DNA from: Dehalococcoidia bacterium
Lineage (GTDB): Bacteria; Chloroflexota; Dehalococcoidia; Lucifugimonadales; UBA3495
Length of the DNA stretch: 64,000 nt
Direction: 5' to 3'
NCBI GenBank assembly: GCA_034421995.1
Contig: DAOUJY010000047.1
Span: 39,125-103,124, forward strand
Part shown: positions 39,678-49,502 of the stretch, one piece after another
How the letters are laid out: every line of letters starts with the position of its first letter
Numbering within the stretch: position 1 is the stretch's first letter
The notes under the pieces: generated by a model
What the model saw: only the letters and a program-made list of their open reading frames with translations
The model's database searches: none
What the model was told of the DNA's origin: nothing
Position numbers and translations under genes: made by a program

Positions 39678-39705
39678 GTAGGGGCGAATAATCATTCGCC
39701 CCTAC
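39678..39705. repeat. REP-like palindrome family P2
   Basis: gtaggggcgaataatcattcgcccctac, between ahcY and metK. Confidence 0.8.
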
Positions 39706-39742
39706 ACACCCCAACCGGGCAACATCAGGAGGAAAATCACCA

Positions 39743-40987
39743 ATGCCAATCCAATTCATGACCTCGCCCAAGTACCTGCTCACTTCCGAGTCGGTTACTG
39801 AAGGGCACCCCGACAAGGTGTGCGACCAGATTTCCGACGCCGTACTGGACGCCGCCTTCACCGTTGACCCCATGAGCCGCGTCGCCTGCGAAACCGTCGC
39901 CGGCAAGAACCTGGTCATGGTCACCGGCGAAATCACCACCCAGGCCGAACTGGACTTCGACGCCATCACCCGCCGGACCCTGCTGGAAATCGGCTACACC
40001 GACCTGAAATACGGCATCGACGGCCATTCCTGCGGCATCATCGCCAACGCCAGCCAGCAGTCGCCCGACATCAACGCCGGCGTCAGCACCGCGCTGGAAG
40101 CCCGCGCCAACGGCGCCGCCGCTGCCGACGCCCGCCGCGCCACCGGCGCCGGCGACCAGGGCATGATGGTCGGCTTCGCCTGCAACGAGACCGACGGCCT
40201 CATGCCCCTCACCGTTGACCTCTCCCACCGCCTGGTGGAACGCCTGGCCGCCGTCCGCAAAGACGGCACGATCCCCTACCTCGGCCCCGACGGCAAGTCC
40301 CAAGTCACCGTGGAATACCGCTATGGCAAGCCCCACCGCGTGGATGCCGTCGTGGTCAGCAGCCAGCACGACGACACCGACGACCGCGCCGCTTTCAGAG
40401 AAAGGATCCATGGCGACGTTCTCGAGCACGTGATAAAGCCCATCGTTCCCGCCGACCTTCTGGACGAAGACACCAAGATCTTCGTCAACCCCAGCGGCTG
40501 GTTCGTCGTCGGCGGTCCCCAGGGCGACACCGGCCTCACCGGCCGGAAGATCCTGGTGGACACCTACGGCGGCATCGCCCGGCACGGCGGCGGCGCTTTC
40601 TCCGGCAAGGACCCGACCAAGGTTGACCGCTCCGGCGCTTACGCCGCCCGTTACGTGGCCAAGAACCTGGTCGCCGCCGGTTTCGCCGACCGCCTGGAGG
40701 TGCTCGTCTCCTACGCCATCGGCGTGGCTGAACCCACTTCCGTTGCCATCGAGACCTTCGACACCAACCACATCCCCAACGAGCGCATCGAGGAACTGGT
40801 CCGCGAGCACTTCGACCTGCGCCCCGGCGCAATCATCGAAGACCTGGACCTGCGCCGTCCCATCTACCGCAAGACCGCCGCCTACGGCCACTTCGGTCGG
40901 GCCGACCTCGACCTCCCCTGGGAGCGCACCGACAAGGCCGAAACGCTGAAACAGGCGGCCGGCGCGCTGGCCGCCGCCGGCGACTAA
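39743..40987 (+). CDS. metK: S-adenosylmethionine synthetase
   Basis: [29 protein letters not shown] and [16 protein letters not shown] signatures. Confidence 0.97.
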   Translation: MPIQFMTSPKYLLTSESVTEGHPDKVCDQISDAVLDAAFTVDPMSRVACETVAGKNLVMVTGEITTQAELDFDAITRRTLLEIGYTDLKYGIDGHSCGIIANASQQSPDINAGVSTALEARANGAAAADARRATGAGDQGMMVGFACNETDGLMPLTVDLSHRLVERLAAVRKDGTIPYLGPDGKSQVTVEYRYGKPHRVDAVVVSSQHDDTDDRAAFRERIHGDVLEHVIKPIVPADLLDEDTKIFVNPSGWFVVGGPQGDTGLTGRKILVDTYGGIARHGGGAFSGKDPTKVDRSGAYAARYVAKNLVAAGFADRLEVLVSYAIGVAEPTSVAIETFDTNHIPNERIEELVREHFDLRPGAIIEDLDLRRPIYRKTAAYGHFGRADLDLPWERTDKAETLKQAAGALAAAGD

Positions 40988-41014
40988 CCGCAATCGCATC
41001 GCTTGCATTCAGAT

Positions 41015-41056
41015 ATGCGCTCCCCGTCTCGCCGATGGGGAGCGCATTTCCATTTA
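41015..41056 (+). terminator. Intrinsic terminator after metK
   Basis: 11-bp stem (atgcgctcccc / ggggagcgcat) followed by a T-containing tail, ttccattta. Confidence 0.55.
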
Positions 41057-41065
41057 CGGGGGATC

Positions 41066-41156
41066 GTCAGAATCAGGATTTACCGGATTTTAAGATTTTC
41101 GGGATTACGTGCCCCAATCCTGTCAATCCGATAATCTTGAAAATCCTGATTCTGAC
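41066..41156. mobile_element. MITE-like inverted-repeat element (gtcagaatcaggatt...aatcctgattctgac), family M3
   Basis: Terminal inverted repeats read directly. Its right half is nearly identical to the element at 49964-50068. Confidence 0.6.
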
Positions 41157-41264
41157 AATCCCCGCAATGCGGCAATCCTGTTTATCCCGCTTATCCTGTG
41201 CATCCCGGTAAAATCACTCCAACGCTGGAATCGATAAGCGCAAGCCGGAGTGTAAGCATTGCCT

Positions 41265-41705
41265 ATGGACACGATTGTTCCCCTGCGCCGGTTCGCTTCC
41301 TGGCTCATTGACCGGCTGCTGTTCCTGGGCGCCGGCGCCGGCGTTCTGTTTGTCGTCGGGATGCTCGGTTCCCCCGGCCCGGAGCTAATCAGCTTTGACG
41401 TGTACAATTTCTTCGCCATACAGATGCCGCTGTCGCTGCTTATCACCTATGTCCTGTGGTTTGCCGTCATCGTCAAGTTCGGACCGCCGGGCCGCCGCCT
41501 TACCGGAACCGACGTGCGCCGGCGACGGGGCGGCGAGGCCAGCCTGCGGATGAAATCCACCCGCGCCGTGGCCAAGTTTCTGTTGCACCACACTCTGATC
41601 GGTTTCGTTATCGACGCCCTGTTCATCCTGCGGGACCGCGCGGAGCGCCGTTCCGTCTCCGACCGCATCGCCGGCACCGTGATCGCCCGCCGCCGCTGGC
41701 GGTGA
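41265..41705 (+). CDS. RDD-family membrane protein
   Basis: RRFASWLIDRLLF..., three hydrophobic helices, and a ...SDRIAGTVI C-terminal motif. Confidence 0.72.
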   Translation: MDTIVPLRRFASWLIDRLLFLGAGAGVLFVVGMLGSPGPELISFDVYNFFAIQMPLSLLITYVLWFAVIVKFGPPGRRLTGTDVRRRRGGEASLRMKSTRAVAKFLLHHTLIGFVIDALFILRDRAERRSVSDRIAGTVIARRRWR

Positions 41706-41746
41706 CTCCTAAATAGCATCCCTGGCGCCGGTGCTATAATCGGAGC

Positions 41747-43159
41747 ATGACTGCTCCTATAAAGTTCGGCACCGACGGCTGGCGCGGCATCATCGCCGGC
41801 GATTTCACCTTCGCCAACGTGGCCCGCTGCTCCCAGGGGCTGGCCGATTATCTTCGCGCCGAGGGATCGGCGAGCGGCGGGCTGGTGGTGGGCTACGACA
41901 CCCGGTTCGCCTCCCGCGAGTTTGCCGAAACGGTGGCCTCGGTCATCGCCGGCAACGGCATTGCGGTGCATCTCTGCGCGGAGCCGGCTCCCACCCCCGT
42001 CGTCAGCCACCAGGTGGTGCAGCAGGGCGCGGCCGGCGGAGTGGTCATCACCTCCAGCCACAATCCCGCCGCCTGGAGCGGCTTCAAGTTCAAATCGGCC
42101 CAGGGCGGCAGCGCCAGCCAGGCCGTTACCGATATGCTGGAGCTCTGTATCGAGTCGGCGCGGCCACCGAGAACCCTGCCTCTGGATGAAGGCCGCGCCG
42201 CCGGGCTGATCCATGACATCGACCCGGTGCCGGCTTACCGAGAGTCCATCACCCAACTGGTCAACCTGGATGCCATCCGCGCCGGCGGCTTGAACGTTCT
42301 GGTGGACGCCATGCACGGGGCGGGCGCGGGGTACATTCCCGGCCTTCTGAAGGGCGGAACCACCTTCGTCACGGAATTGCGGTCCGAAGTTAACCCGGCG
42401 TTTCCCGGCATGGCACAGCCCGAGCCGATTGCCCACAACCTGACCGAGCTTTGCCGTCGCGTTCCGGCGGAGGGAGCGTATGTGGGCCTCGCCCTGGACG
42501 GCGACGCCGACCGCATCGGCCTGGTGGACGAGACCGGTCGCTTCGTCAGCACACTTGAGGTTTTTTCCCTGCTGGCCCTGTACCTGCTGGAGCGCGGTGA
42601 CCGGGGCGCGTTGGTGAAGGGCGTCACCGCGTCGGTTATGCTCAACAAGCTGGCCCAACGCTACAGCGTGGCCATCGCCGAGATGCCGGTGGGCTTCAAG
42701 AACATCGGGCCTCGTTTCGTGGCTGACGACGCATTGCTGGGCGGCGAGGAAAGCGGCGGCTACGCTTTTCGCGGCCATATCCCCGAGCGCGACGGCATCC
42801 TCAGCGGCCTCTACCTGCTGGAATACATGGCGGTCGCCGGGCTGACCGCATCGGGGATGGTGAAACGGCTGTTTGATGCAGTGGGCGAGCATCATTACCA
42901 GCGCCGGGACGTGGCTTTCGACCCGGCAGAACGCGCGGCAATTACGGAGCGGCTGGCAGGTTCCCCGCTATCGGAACTGGGAGGAATGGCCGTGCGCGAT
43001 ATGGACGAAATCGACGGCCGGCGCTGGATGCTCGATGCCGGCTGGGTGGCGGCGCGCTTCTCCGGCACGGAACCCCTGCTCCGCATCTATTGCGAGGCGG
43101 ACACCGAAGCCAACGTAACCCGCTTGCTGGACGCCATGCAGGCGCATCTGGGGGTTTAG
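41747..43159 (+). CDS. Alpha-D-phosphohexomutase (phosphoglucomutase/phosphomannomutase family)
   Basis: Phosphoserine loop TSSHNPAAWSGFK, Mg loop DGDADR and sugar loop GGEESGG. Confidence 0.9.
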   Translation: MTAPIKFGTDGWRGIIAGDFTFANVARCSQGLADYLRAEGSASGGLVVGYDTRFASREFAETVASVIAGNGIAVHLCAEPAPTPVVSHQVVQQGAAGGVVITSSHNPAAWSGFKFKSAQGGSASQAVTDMLELCIESARPPRTLPLDEGRAAGLIHDIDPVPAYRESITQLVNLDAIRAGGLNVLVDAMHGAGAGYIPGLLKGGTTFVTELRSEVNPAFPGMAQPEPIAHNLTELCRRVPAEGAYVGLALDGDADRIGLVDETGRFVSTLEVFSLLALYLLERGDRGALVKGVTASVMLNKLAQRYSVAIAEMPVGFKNIGPRFVADDALLGGEESGGYAFRGHIPERDGILSGLYLLEYMAVAGLTASGMVKRLFDAVGEHHYQRRDVAFDPAERAAITERLAGSPLSELGGMAVRDMDEIDGRRWMLDAGWVAARFSGTEPLLRIYCEADTEANVTRLLDAMQAHLGV

Positions 43160-43206
43160 CCAAAACCGAACGCCGCCGACCAACGTATCAGTAAGGAGGA
43201 GCGAAA

Positions 43207-43554
43207 GTGGAGTACGCAACCCCGATCCGTCGGCTCATGGCCCATATCCTGGACGGCATCCTGTTCTTCCTCACCCTCATCATCGGCTATATCATCTGGT
43301 GGCTGATCGTAATCGGCAGAGGCCAAACGCCCGGCAAGCAACTCCTGGGCATCCGGGCCATGCGCCGCGACGGTTCTCCTTCGGGCTGGGGAAACACTTT
43401 CGTCCGCGAAATCGTCAAGATGGTGGCTCACAGCTTTGTCATCGGTTTCTTCGCCGACATTATCCTGCTGCTGATGGATGAGGAAGAGCATCGCTCCCTG
43501 GCCGACCGGGTTGCGAATACCGTGGTGGTGCGCAACCAACCCGGCGCGATATAG
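43207..43554 (+). CDS. RDD-family membrane protein
   Basis: IRRLMAHILDGILF..., GQTPGKQLLGIR and LADRVANTVVV. GTG start 7 nt after AAGGAGG. Confidence 0.78.
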   Translation: MEYATPIRRLMAHILDGILFFLTLIIGYIIWWLIVIGRGQTPGKQLLGIRAMRRDGSPSGWGNTFVREIVKMVAHSFVIGFFADIILLLMDEEEHRSLADRVANTVVVRNQPGAI

Positions 43555-43582
43555 CCTTGCCGTCACGCAAGGAGAAGCGAAT

Positions 43583-43897
43583 ATGCTTACGGACATACAG
43601 CAGCGGCAAATCACTGACTTTTGCCGCAAGCATCACATCATCAAATTCTGGCTGGTGGACGAGGCTTTCGACGCGCCGCTGCCCGACCAACTGGAAACCG
43701 GGAATACGCCCACGGCAATCGTCACATTCCGGCCCGGCAAAGTTCCTGACTTCTTCCGTTTCCTGGACATGGAAGAGGAACTCAGGAAAACTACCGGACC
43801 AGGAACCAGCCTCTATACTTATGATGGAATGAACCAACGGGAAATGGCTTTGGCCCGAGAAACTGCCGAGTTTCACTATGCCGAGCCTACATCCTGA
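43583..43897 (+). CDS. Nucleotidyltransferase (MNT)-like small protein with degenerate catalytic motifs (tentative)
   Basis: The layout I..FCRKHHI.KFWL...(linker)...VTF...F..FLDMEEELRK resembles minimal NTases. However GS and DxD are absent. AAGGAG SD. Confidence 0.4.
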   Translation: MLTDIQQRQITDFCRKHHIIKFWLVDEAFDAPLPDQLETGNTPTAIVTFRPGKVPDFFRFLDMEEELRKTTGPGTSLYTYDGMNQREMALARETAEFHYAEPTS

Positions 43898-43921
43898 ATC
43901 TCAATCGCATTCTGGGCATAG

Positions 43922-44866
43922 ATGACTACGGTGGTGACTAGTATGACTACTCCAGCAGAATCCCCAACCTCCAACGTCTCCCTACTCGACCGCCTGCCTA
44001 TCAGCCGCAGCATCCTAATCGCCGCCGGCATCGCAGCGGTTGCCTACGCTATTGCCGTCGTCGGCGCGCTGCTGTTACGCAGCAGCGAGGGCATCGACGG
44101 TGTCAATCGTTTCGTAGAACTTCTCTCCGGGTCTTCAGGCACCGGGATCAGCAACGTGGGCATCAAACTCGGTTTCGCCTATGCGGTGGGAGCAGCCTCT
44201 GCGGTCAATCCCTGCGGTTTCGCCATGCTGCCCGCCTACCTGGGCCTGTACGTCAGCGGCGGCAACCGAGATCAGGACCGACAAAACCCTGTCCTCCTGG
44301 TGGCGCGGGCCATTATGGTCGGCCTGACGGTTTCGGTCGGGTTCGTCATCCTCTTCGGTTTGGTGGGACTGATCCTCGGGTTAGGCTCCCAGGCCATCGT
44401 GGTGGCGGCGTTGCCCTACGTGGGCCTGGCGATAGGCGTGCTGCTCATCGGGGCCGGCGCATTCATGGCCGGCGGCGGCAAGATTTACACCAGCCTGGCC
44501 CAACGGGCGGCGTCACGCATCGGTGACCCAGGGCAGATGAACCTGCCCGGTTATGTGCTGTTTGGCGTGAGCTACGGCCTGGCATCGTTGAGTTGCACCC
44601 TGCCGCTGTTCCTGGCCGTGTTGGGAGTTGGCGCCGGCCTCTCGTCCGGGTGGCTGGACACCTTGGGCAAGTTCGTGCTCTACGCCGCCGGCATGGGCAG
44701 CGTGATCCTGGCGCTCACGCTCGGGATGGCCGTGGCCCGCTCCGTGATGGTGCGGTGGCTGCGGGCCGTTCTGCCCTACGTGGGCATTGTCGGCGCCTGG
44801 CTGATGGTGGTGGCCGGCGTGTACATCATGTTCTACTGGCTGACCATCGGCCGGGACCTGTTCTGA
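43922..44866 (+). CDS. CcdA/DsbD-type cytochrome c biogenesis (thiol:disulfide transfer) membrane protein
   Basis: Multiple TM helices. Cys motifs: NPCGFAMLPAY and a second SLSCTLP. Confidence 0.78.
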   Translation: MTTVVTSMTTPAESPTSNVSLLDRLPISRSILIAAGIAAVAYAIAVVGALLLRSSEGIDGVNRFVELLSGSSGTGISNVGIKLGFAYAVGAASAVNPCGFAMLPAYLGLYVSGGNRDQDRQNPVLLVARAIMVGLTVSVGFVILFGLVGLILGLGSQAIVVAALPYVGLAIGVLLIGAGAFMAGGGKIYTSLAQRAASRIGDPGQMNLPGYVLFGVSYGLASLSCTLPLFLAVLGVGAGLSSGWLDTLGKFVLYAAGMGSVILALTLGMAVARSVMVRWLRAVLPYVGIVGAWLMVVAGVYIMFYWLTIGRDLF

Positions 44867-44899
44867 AAAAACAAAGCCCCTCGGCCAGACACCGAGGGG
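44865..44899 (-). terminator. Intrinsic terminator (convergent gene ends)
   Basis: 9-bp stem gcccctcgg/ccgaggggc. On the minus strand it is followed by TTTGTTTTTT. Confidence 0.6.
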
Positions 44900-44914
44900 C
44901 GTCGCTCGGCCCCG

Positions 44915-45322
44915 TTACGACGGGATGGTAAAGACGGTTCGCCCGTCAGCGTCGTGGGTATGGTTCGCCAGCCCGACCAATATCCGGTTGGTCTGCTGAA
45001 TATCAGCCCGCAACTCGTTGATAGCAGCGGTCAGGGCGTCAAACCTGGCGTCATATTTGGCTTCCAAGGTGTCAAACCTGTTTTCCAGGGCGTCAAACCT
45101 GTTTTCCAAGGTGTCGAACCTGTTTTCCAAGGTGTCGAACCTGGCGTCGTATTTGGTTTCCAGGGCGTCGACTTTGACGCTTAGCCCGTTGATGCTGGCG
45201 TCCTGCGTGTTGACCTGATTGACCAACTTACCCAGTTGGAAAGCGCCTCTGAGCAACACCGCAATCACCGTGACGCCGAGGCTGATTCCAGCTATGATGG
45301 CTATGATGACTGGGGGACTCAT
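44915..45322 (-). CDS. Membrane-anchored coiled-coil protein with heptad tandem repeats
   Basis: N-terminal TM helix, then (RFDTLEN)n and KYDARFD repeats encoded by 21-nt DNA repeats at 45033-45172. Confidence 0.6.
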   Translation of the reverse strand: MSPPVIIAIIAGISLGVTVIAVLLRGAFQLGKLVNQVNTQDASINGLSVKVDALETKYDARFDTLENRFDTLENRFDALENRFDTLEAKYDARFDALTAAINELRADIQQTNRILVGLANHTHDADGRTVFTIPS

Positions 45323-45355
45323 TGTCGGCCTCCAACTAATAGTGCCGGCGCGGCT

Positions 45356-45769
45356 TCACCGCTTGGTGTACTGTGGGGCGCGGCGGGCGCGCTTGAGGCC
45401 GTACTTCTTGCTTTCCTTGACCCGGGCGTCGCGGGTGATGAAGCCGGCCCGGCGCAGGTTGGCCTTGAGGTTGGGATCGAAGACCACCAGCGCCCGGGAT
45501 ATGCCGTGTCGGATGGCCTCGGCCTGGGCGTTGACACCGCCGCCGGTCACCTGGGCCTGCACCCGGAACCGGCCCACCGTGCCGGAGGTCGCGAAGGGTT
45601 CGCGCACGGTGGACTGCCAGGGCAGCCAGTTGAAATACTCTTCCATGGGTTTGTCGTTGACGATGATGGCCGTGCCGTCGTCGGGAAAAAGGCGCACCTT
45701 GGCGATGGCCCGCTTGCGTCGTCCCGTTCCATAGAAGTACTGCTGCTGAGGTTCTGCTTGCGCCACCAT
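45356..45769 (-). CDS. rpsI: 30S ribosomal protein S9
   Basis: YFYGTGRRKRAIAKVRL ... ends KKYGLKRARRAPQYTKR. Confidence 0.95.
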   Translation of the reverse strand: MVAQAEPQQQYFYGTGRRKRAIAKVRLFPDDGTAIIVNDKPMEEYFNWLPWQSTVREPFATSGTVGRFRVQAQVTGGGVNAQAEAIRHGISRALVVFDPNLKANLRRAGFITRDARVKESKKYGLKRARRAPQYTKR

Positions 45770-45796
45770 TGGATACCTGCCTGTCAATATTTGAGT

Positions 45797-45903
45797 CGTC
45801 GTTTCGGCATTTTAATCATCATTCTGGCATTTTAGCCGTCATTCTGGCATTTTAATCGTCATTCCGGCATTTTATCGTCATTCCGGCGAAAGCCGGAATC
45901 CAG
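45797..45903 (+). repeat. Stutter array (~20-nt units tcattc(t/c)ggcatttta...) ending in REP hairpin P1 (gtcattccggcgaaagccggaatcc)
   Basis: Four to five tandem units read directly in the rplM-rpsI spacer. Confidence 0.8.
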
Positions 45904-45959
45904 GAACCGGCCTGGCAAAATTTCAGGATGAAAAAATGCGCGCGATGTTTCCAGCGTGC

Positions 45960-46391
45960 TTACCCTTCGCTGCCGACCTGCGCCTCGTGGGGATGCTGGT
46001 CGCCAGCGTACACGCGCAGCCGCCGCAGCATCTGCCGGCCCTGCTTGTTGGACGGGAGCATCCCCTTGACCGCCAGGCGCACGACCCGCTCGGGCCGCTG
46101 CTCCATCATGTCCCGCATCAGGAAGGATTTGAGGTTGCCCACGTATCCGCTGTGTCGGTAGTACATCTTCTGCGTCAACTTTCGGCCCGTGATGCGAACC
46201 TTGTCGGCGTTGATGACCACCACGTGGCAGCCGGTGATGACGTGCGGCGTGTAGGTGGGCTGGTCCTTGCCCTGGAGGGCCACGGCGACCTGTCGGGCCA
46301 GCCGGCCCAAGCTGATGCCGGTGGCGTCGATGACGCGCCAGCGGTCCGGCACGTCGCCGGCTTTGGCGAAATAAGTGCTGGTTCGTTTCAT
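45960..46391 (-). CDS. rplM: 50S ribosomal protein L13
   Basis: DRWRVIDATGISLGRLA... ATG 46391 is 1 nt after the truA stop. Confidence 0.95.
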   Translation of the reverse strand: MKRTSTYFAKAGDVPDRWRVIDATGISLGRLARQVAVALQGKDQPTYTPHVITGCHVVVINADKVRITGRKLTQKMYYRHSGYVGNLKSFLMRDMMEQRPERVVRLAVKGMLPSNKQGRQMLRRLRVYAGDQHPHEAQVGSEG

Positions 46392-46392
46392 G

Positions 46393-47178
46393 TCAGTTGG
46401 CAACCTTTAGCAAGTGATCGTGTTCCGGGTAGTGTACCGACTGCAAGCACAGTCCTTTGGCCGGAAGTGTGGGAATCTGGTGTTGTAGTTGGGTGCGTCC
46501 GGCCAGGGTTTCCGACATGGCGTGAACGGGAAGTCTGCCTTTGCCTATTTCCACCAGTACCCCGTTGGCTCGCCTGATTTGATGACGCAGGAACCCGTTG
46601 GCAGCGCAGTCGATGATGATGACATCCTCATTTTCCGAGCTGCGTTCCACGTTCCAGTCGAACACCTGTCGCACCGCGCTTTGATCGTCCGGGTGTCCGG
46701 TGGCGATTGCCCGGAAATCCCTGATGCCCAGAAGGCTCGCGGCGGCCTGTCGCATCGCGGCAAGGTCCAGGGGGACCCTTTCCTGATGGTGCGTGCGGCG
46801 CAACAGCGGAGACGGAACCGGCCGGTTGAGGATACTGTATCGATAACGGCGTTTCCTCGCGCTGCGACGGGCATTGAAACCGGGTGGCATATCGCTGGCA
46901 ACCATAACGCGGATCGCGTCAGGCAAGTAGTGGTTCATCGCGGCGATGATCACGTCCGTCCGGTGTACGCTGCAAGTGACCAAGTCCACCACTTGCCCCA
47001 GGGCGTGCGCCCCCGAGTCGGTGCGGCTGGCCCCTCTGATCCTGACGGTCTCGCCGGTGAGTTTGGCGAAGGCTTGTTCCAGCTCGCCCTGTATGGTGGC
47101 TGCGCCGGCTTGCCACTGGAAGCCGGCGTACTCGGTGCCTTCGTACGCCACCACCAGGGCGATGCGACGTCCCTTCAT
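46393..47178 (-). CDS. truA: tRNA pseudouridine(38-40) synthase
   Basis: RIALVVAYEGTEYAGFQWQ and catalytic RTDSGAHA. Start is uncertain: 47178 or 47202. The track start at 47280 runs into a REP. Confidence 0.88.
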   Translation of the reverse strand: MKGRRIALVVAYEGTEYAGFQWQAGAATIQGELEQAFAKLTGETVRIRGASRTDSGAHALGQVVDLVTCSVHRTDVIIAAMNHYLPDAIRVMVASDMPPGFNARRSARKRRYRYSILNRPVPSPLLRRTHHQERVPLDLAAMRQAAASLLGIRDFRAIATGHPDDQSAVRQVFDWNVERSSENEDVIIIDCAANGFLRHQIRRANGVLVEIGKGRLPVHAMSETLAGRTQLQHQIPTLPAKGLCLQSVHYPEHDHLLKVAN

Positions 47179-47256
47179 TTCGGCAGTGCGCTGGGATGTC
47201 ATGCGGTAATTCGGGTGATGGCAATTCCTCTCTGGGTTGGGATGAACACTCATCTC

Positions 47257-47308
47257 GTCATTCCGGCGAAAGAACGGCACCCCGTACTTGATACGGAGCC
47301 GGAATCCA
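47257..47308 (+). repeat. REP P1 copy with a ~25-nt nested insertion in the loop
   Basis: gtcattccggcgaaag[aacggcaccccgtacttgatacgga]gccggaatccag. Confidence 0.7.
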
Positions 47309-47318
47309 GAACGGCTAT

Positions 47319-47672
47319 TTAAACCAGTTCAATAACGGCCATGTATGCGCCGTCGCCCTGCCGCGGACCCAACTTGACGATGCGGGTGTATCCGCCGGGG
47401 CGTTCCGCGTAGCGGGGGCCGAGTTCGTCAAAGATCTTGGCGACCACCGCCTTGTTGGGCAACTGGCTCAGGGCAGTGCGGCGGTTGTGGAGCGTACCCT
47501 TCTTGCCGTGGGTGATGAGCTTCTCGACCATCACGCGGGTCTCCTTGGCCTTGGCCAGGGTGGTGGTGATGCGCTCATGTCTGATCAGATCCGCCGTCAG
47601 GCCACGGAGGAGAGCTTTGCGCTGGTCCTTATACCGGCTGAGTTTGCGGCCGGCGACGCGGTGGGAAGGCAT
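47319..47672 (-). CDS. rplQ: 50S ribosomal protein L17
   Basis: L17 signature [15 protein letters not shown]...TTLAKAKE. Confidence 0.95.
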   Translation of the reverse strand: MPSHRVAGRKLSRYKDQRKALLRGLTADLIRHERITTTLAKAKETRVMVEKLITHGKKGTLHNRRTALSQLPNKAVVAKIFDELGPRYAERPGGYTRIVKLGPRQGDGAYMAVIELV

Positions 47673-47674
47673 TG

Positions 47675-48757
47675 CTAGTCTCCGTCTTCATCGTAATCGA
47701 GGTCGTAATCATCGTCCGGTTCGGGGTCGAATACCAAGTTGCCGCCGGACTGGCTGAGATAGTCATCCCCGAGATCCCCTTCGGCCGGGCGCGATGCGGC
47801 GACGCCCAGCTCGGCCAGCTTGCCCTGGAGTTCCTCCAGCGATTTCTGGCCGAAATTCCGGATATTCAAAAGGTCGTCAGCGCTCAAGTCCAGGACCTGT
47901 CCGACCCGGTCCAGCTTGGCGCGCTTCAGGCAGTTGAGCGTGCGGGAAGAGAGGTCCAGACGCTCGATGGGCATGAGGTACACTTCCGATCCCACGGTAA
48001 GATTGGTCGTGTCCAGGGGAGCATCGGTGGGACGGCTCAACTGGTTGAACATGAAGAAGTGCTCCACCAGCTTGTCCGAGGCCTCCTGGATGGCCGCCAG
48101 GGGGCTGACCGCTCCATCGGTCCACACCTGTAGGATCAGGCGTTCCCAGTCGGTCTGCGCCCCTACCATCATGGGCTGTACCGCATATTCAACCTTGCGA
48201 ACCGGGTTGTAGATGGCGTCCACTGGCAGCACGCCCACTGGCAAGCCGCTCATGGTGTCGTTCTGCTCGGCTCGCTGGTATCCTTTGCCCGCCTCGACGT
48301 TGAATTCGATTGACAGGCTTACGTCCGGGTTGTCCAGCGTGGCCAGGTGCAGCTCCGGGTTGACGATCTGGTAGTCGCTGGCGGTGGAAATATCGCCGGC
48401 GCAGACGCGCCCTTCGCCGCTCACGTCTAGGCGCATCTTGCCGGTGCGCTTGGTCAACGCGTGGATGCGGATACGCTTGATGCTCAGGAGGAGGTCCATA
48501 ACCTCTTCCTTGACGCCGGGGATCACGGTGTATTCGTGGGGAACCCCGTCGATTTTCACCCAGGTCACCGCTGTGCCCTGGATGGAGCTGAGCAGCAGTC
48601 GCCGCAGCGGGTTCCCCACCGTGGTGGCGAAACCTCGTTCCAACGGCTCCAGGGCCACGCGGGCGTAGGTATCGTTGTTTTCGATCACCCGGATGGTGGG
48701 TGGCGGTATTTCCGGTTCGGGTTCCCGCAAGGGCGGGAGTATCTGAGGATCTAACAT
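47675..48757 (-). CDS. rpoA: DNA-directed RNA polymerase subunit alpha
   Basis: NTD ([17 protein letters not shown]) and CTD ([14 protein letters not shown]). Acidic C-terminal tail. Confidence 0.96.
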   Translation of the reverse strand: MLDPQILPPLREPEPEIPPPTIRVIENNDTYARVALEPLERGFATTVGNPLRRLLLSSIQGTAVTWVKIDGVPHEYTVIPGVKEEVMDLLLSIKRIRIHALTKRTGKMRLDVSGEGRVCAGDISTASDYQIVNPELHLATLDNPDVSLSIEFNVEAGKGYQRAEQNDTMSGLPVGVLPVDAIYNPVRKVEYAVQPMMVGAQTDWERLILQVWTDGAVSPLAAIQEASDKLVEHFFMFNQLSRPTDAPLDTTNLTVGSEVYLMPIERLDLSSRTLNCLKRAKLDRVGQVLDLSADDLLNIRNFGQKSLEELQGKLAELGVAASRPAEGDLGDDYLSQSGGNLVFDPEPDDDYDLDYDEDGD

Positions 48758-48765
48758 TCCGCTGC

Positions 48766-49392
48766 TTACCTTGAGTAGTACTCGACGATCAGGCGGGAGT
48801 TGATAGTCTCGGGCAGTTCATTGTCGGCCGGCAGGGAAATCACGTGGCCGGCCATCTCGGTCAGGTCCAGGGTAATCCAGCTGGGCAGGGTCCGCTTGGG
48901 CAAGCCGTCGGTTCGGTCGGCGAAGAATTCCCGGCGCCTGGAGGTTTCGGTCCACGCGATGGTCTGCCCGGGCTTCACCAGGAAAGACGGGATATCCGTC
49001 TTGCGCCCGTTGACGGTGAAGTGGCCGTGTTGCACCATCTGGCGGGCCTGCTTGCGCGAGTCGGCAAACCCCAGCAGGTAGATGACGTTGTCCAGCCGCC
49101 GCTCCAGCGTGCGGAGCAGGTTGTTGCCGGAGATGCCCGGGGTGTTGAAGGCGTCGTTCATGTACTTGCGAAACTGGCCTTCCATGATGCCGTACATCTG
49201 GCGGGCCTTCTGCTTTTCCCGCAGGTGAACGCCGTAATCCGAGACGCGACGCCGGCGGTTGCCTGCGCCTCCCGGCGGGACGTGGCGGCGCTCAATGGCG
49301 CAGCGCGGCGAGAAGCAGCGGTCGCCCTTCAGGAAGAGTTTCTCCCCGGCGCGGCGGCACAGGCGGCAAGAAGGTCCGGTATATCTGCCCAT
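48766..49392 (-). CDS. rpsD: 30S ribosomal protein S4
   Basis: MGRYTGPSCRLCRRAGEKLFLKGDRC... Confidence 0.96.
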   Translation of the reverse strand: MGRYTGPSCRLCRRAGEKLFLKGDRCFSPRCAIERRHVPPGGAGNRRRRVSDYGVHLREKQKARQMYGIMEGQFRKYMNDAFNTPGISGNNLLRTLERRLDNVIYLLGFADSRKQARQMVQHGHFTVNGRKTDIPSFLVKPGQTIAWTETSRRREFFADRTDGLPKRTLPSWITLDLTEMAGHVISLPADNELPETINSRLIVEYYSR

Positions 49393-49430
49393 GTTTTTCT
49401 GTCCGTTGGTGGTGTGAAGGGTTACAAGTT

Positions 49431-49457
49431 GTCATTTCGAGCGTAGCGAGGAATCTC
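49431..49457 (+). repeat. REP hairpin family P5 (gtcatttcgagcgtagcgaggaatctc)
   Basis: Read directly in the rpsK-rpsD spacer. Confidence 0.65.
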
Positions 49458-49502
49458 GTCGCAGCAACGCGCTGTTTGCCAAACTGACGTCACTAACGGA
49501 AT

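Noticed and set aside
39658-39742. Riboswitch or leader upstream of metK.
   Set aside because: The 85-nt spacer holds only the P2 palindrome and an AGGAGG SD. It has no S-box-like core.
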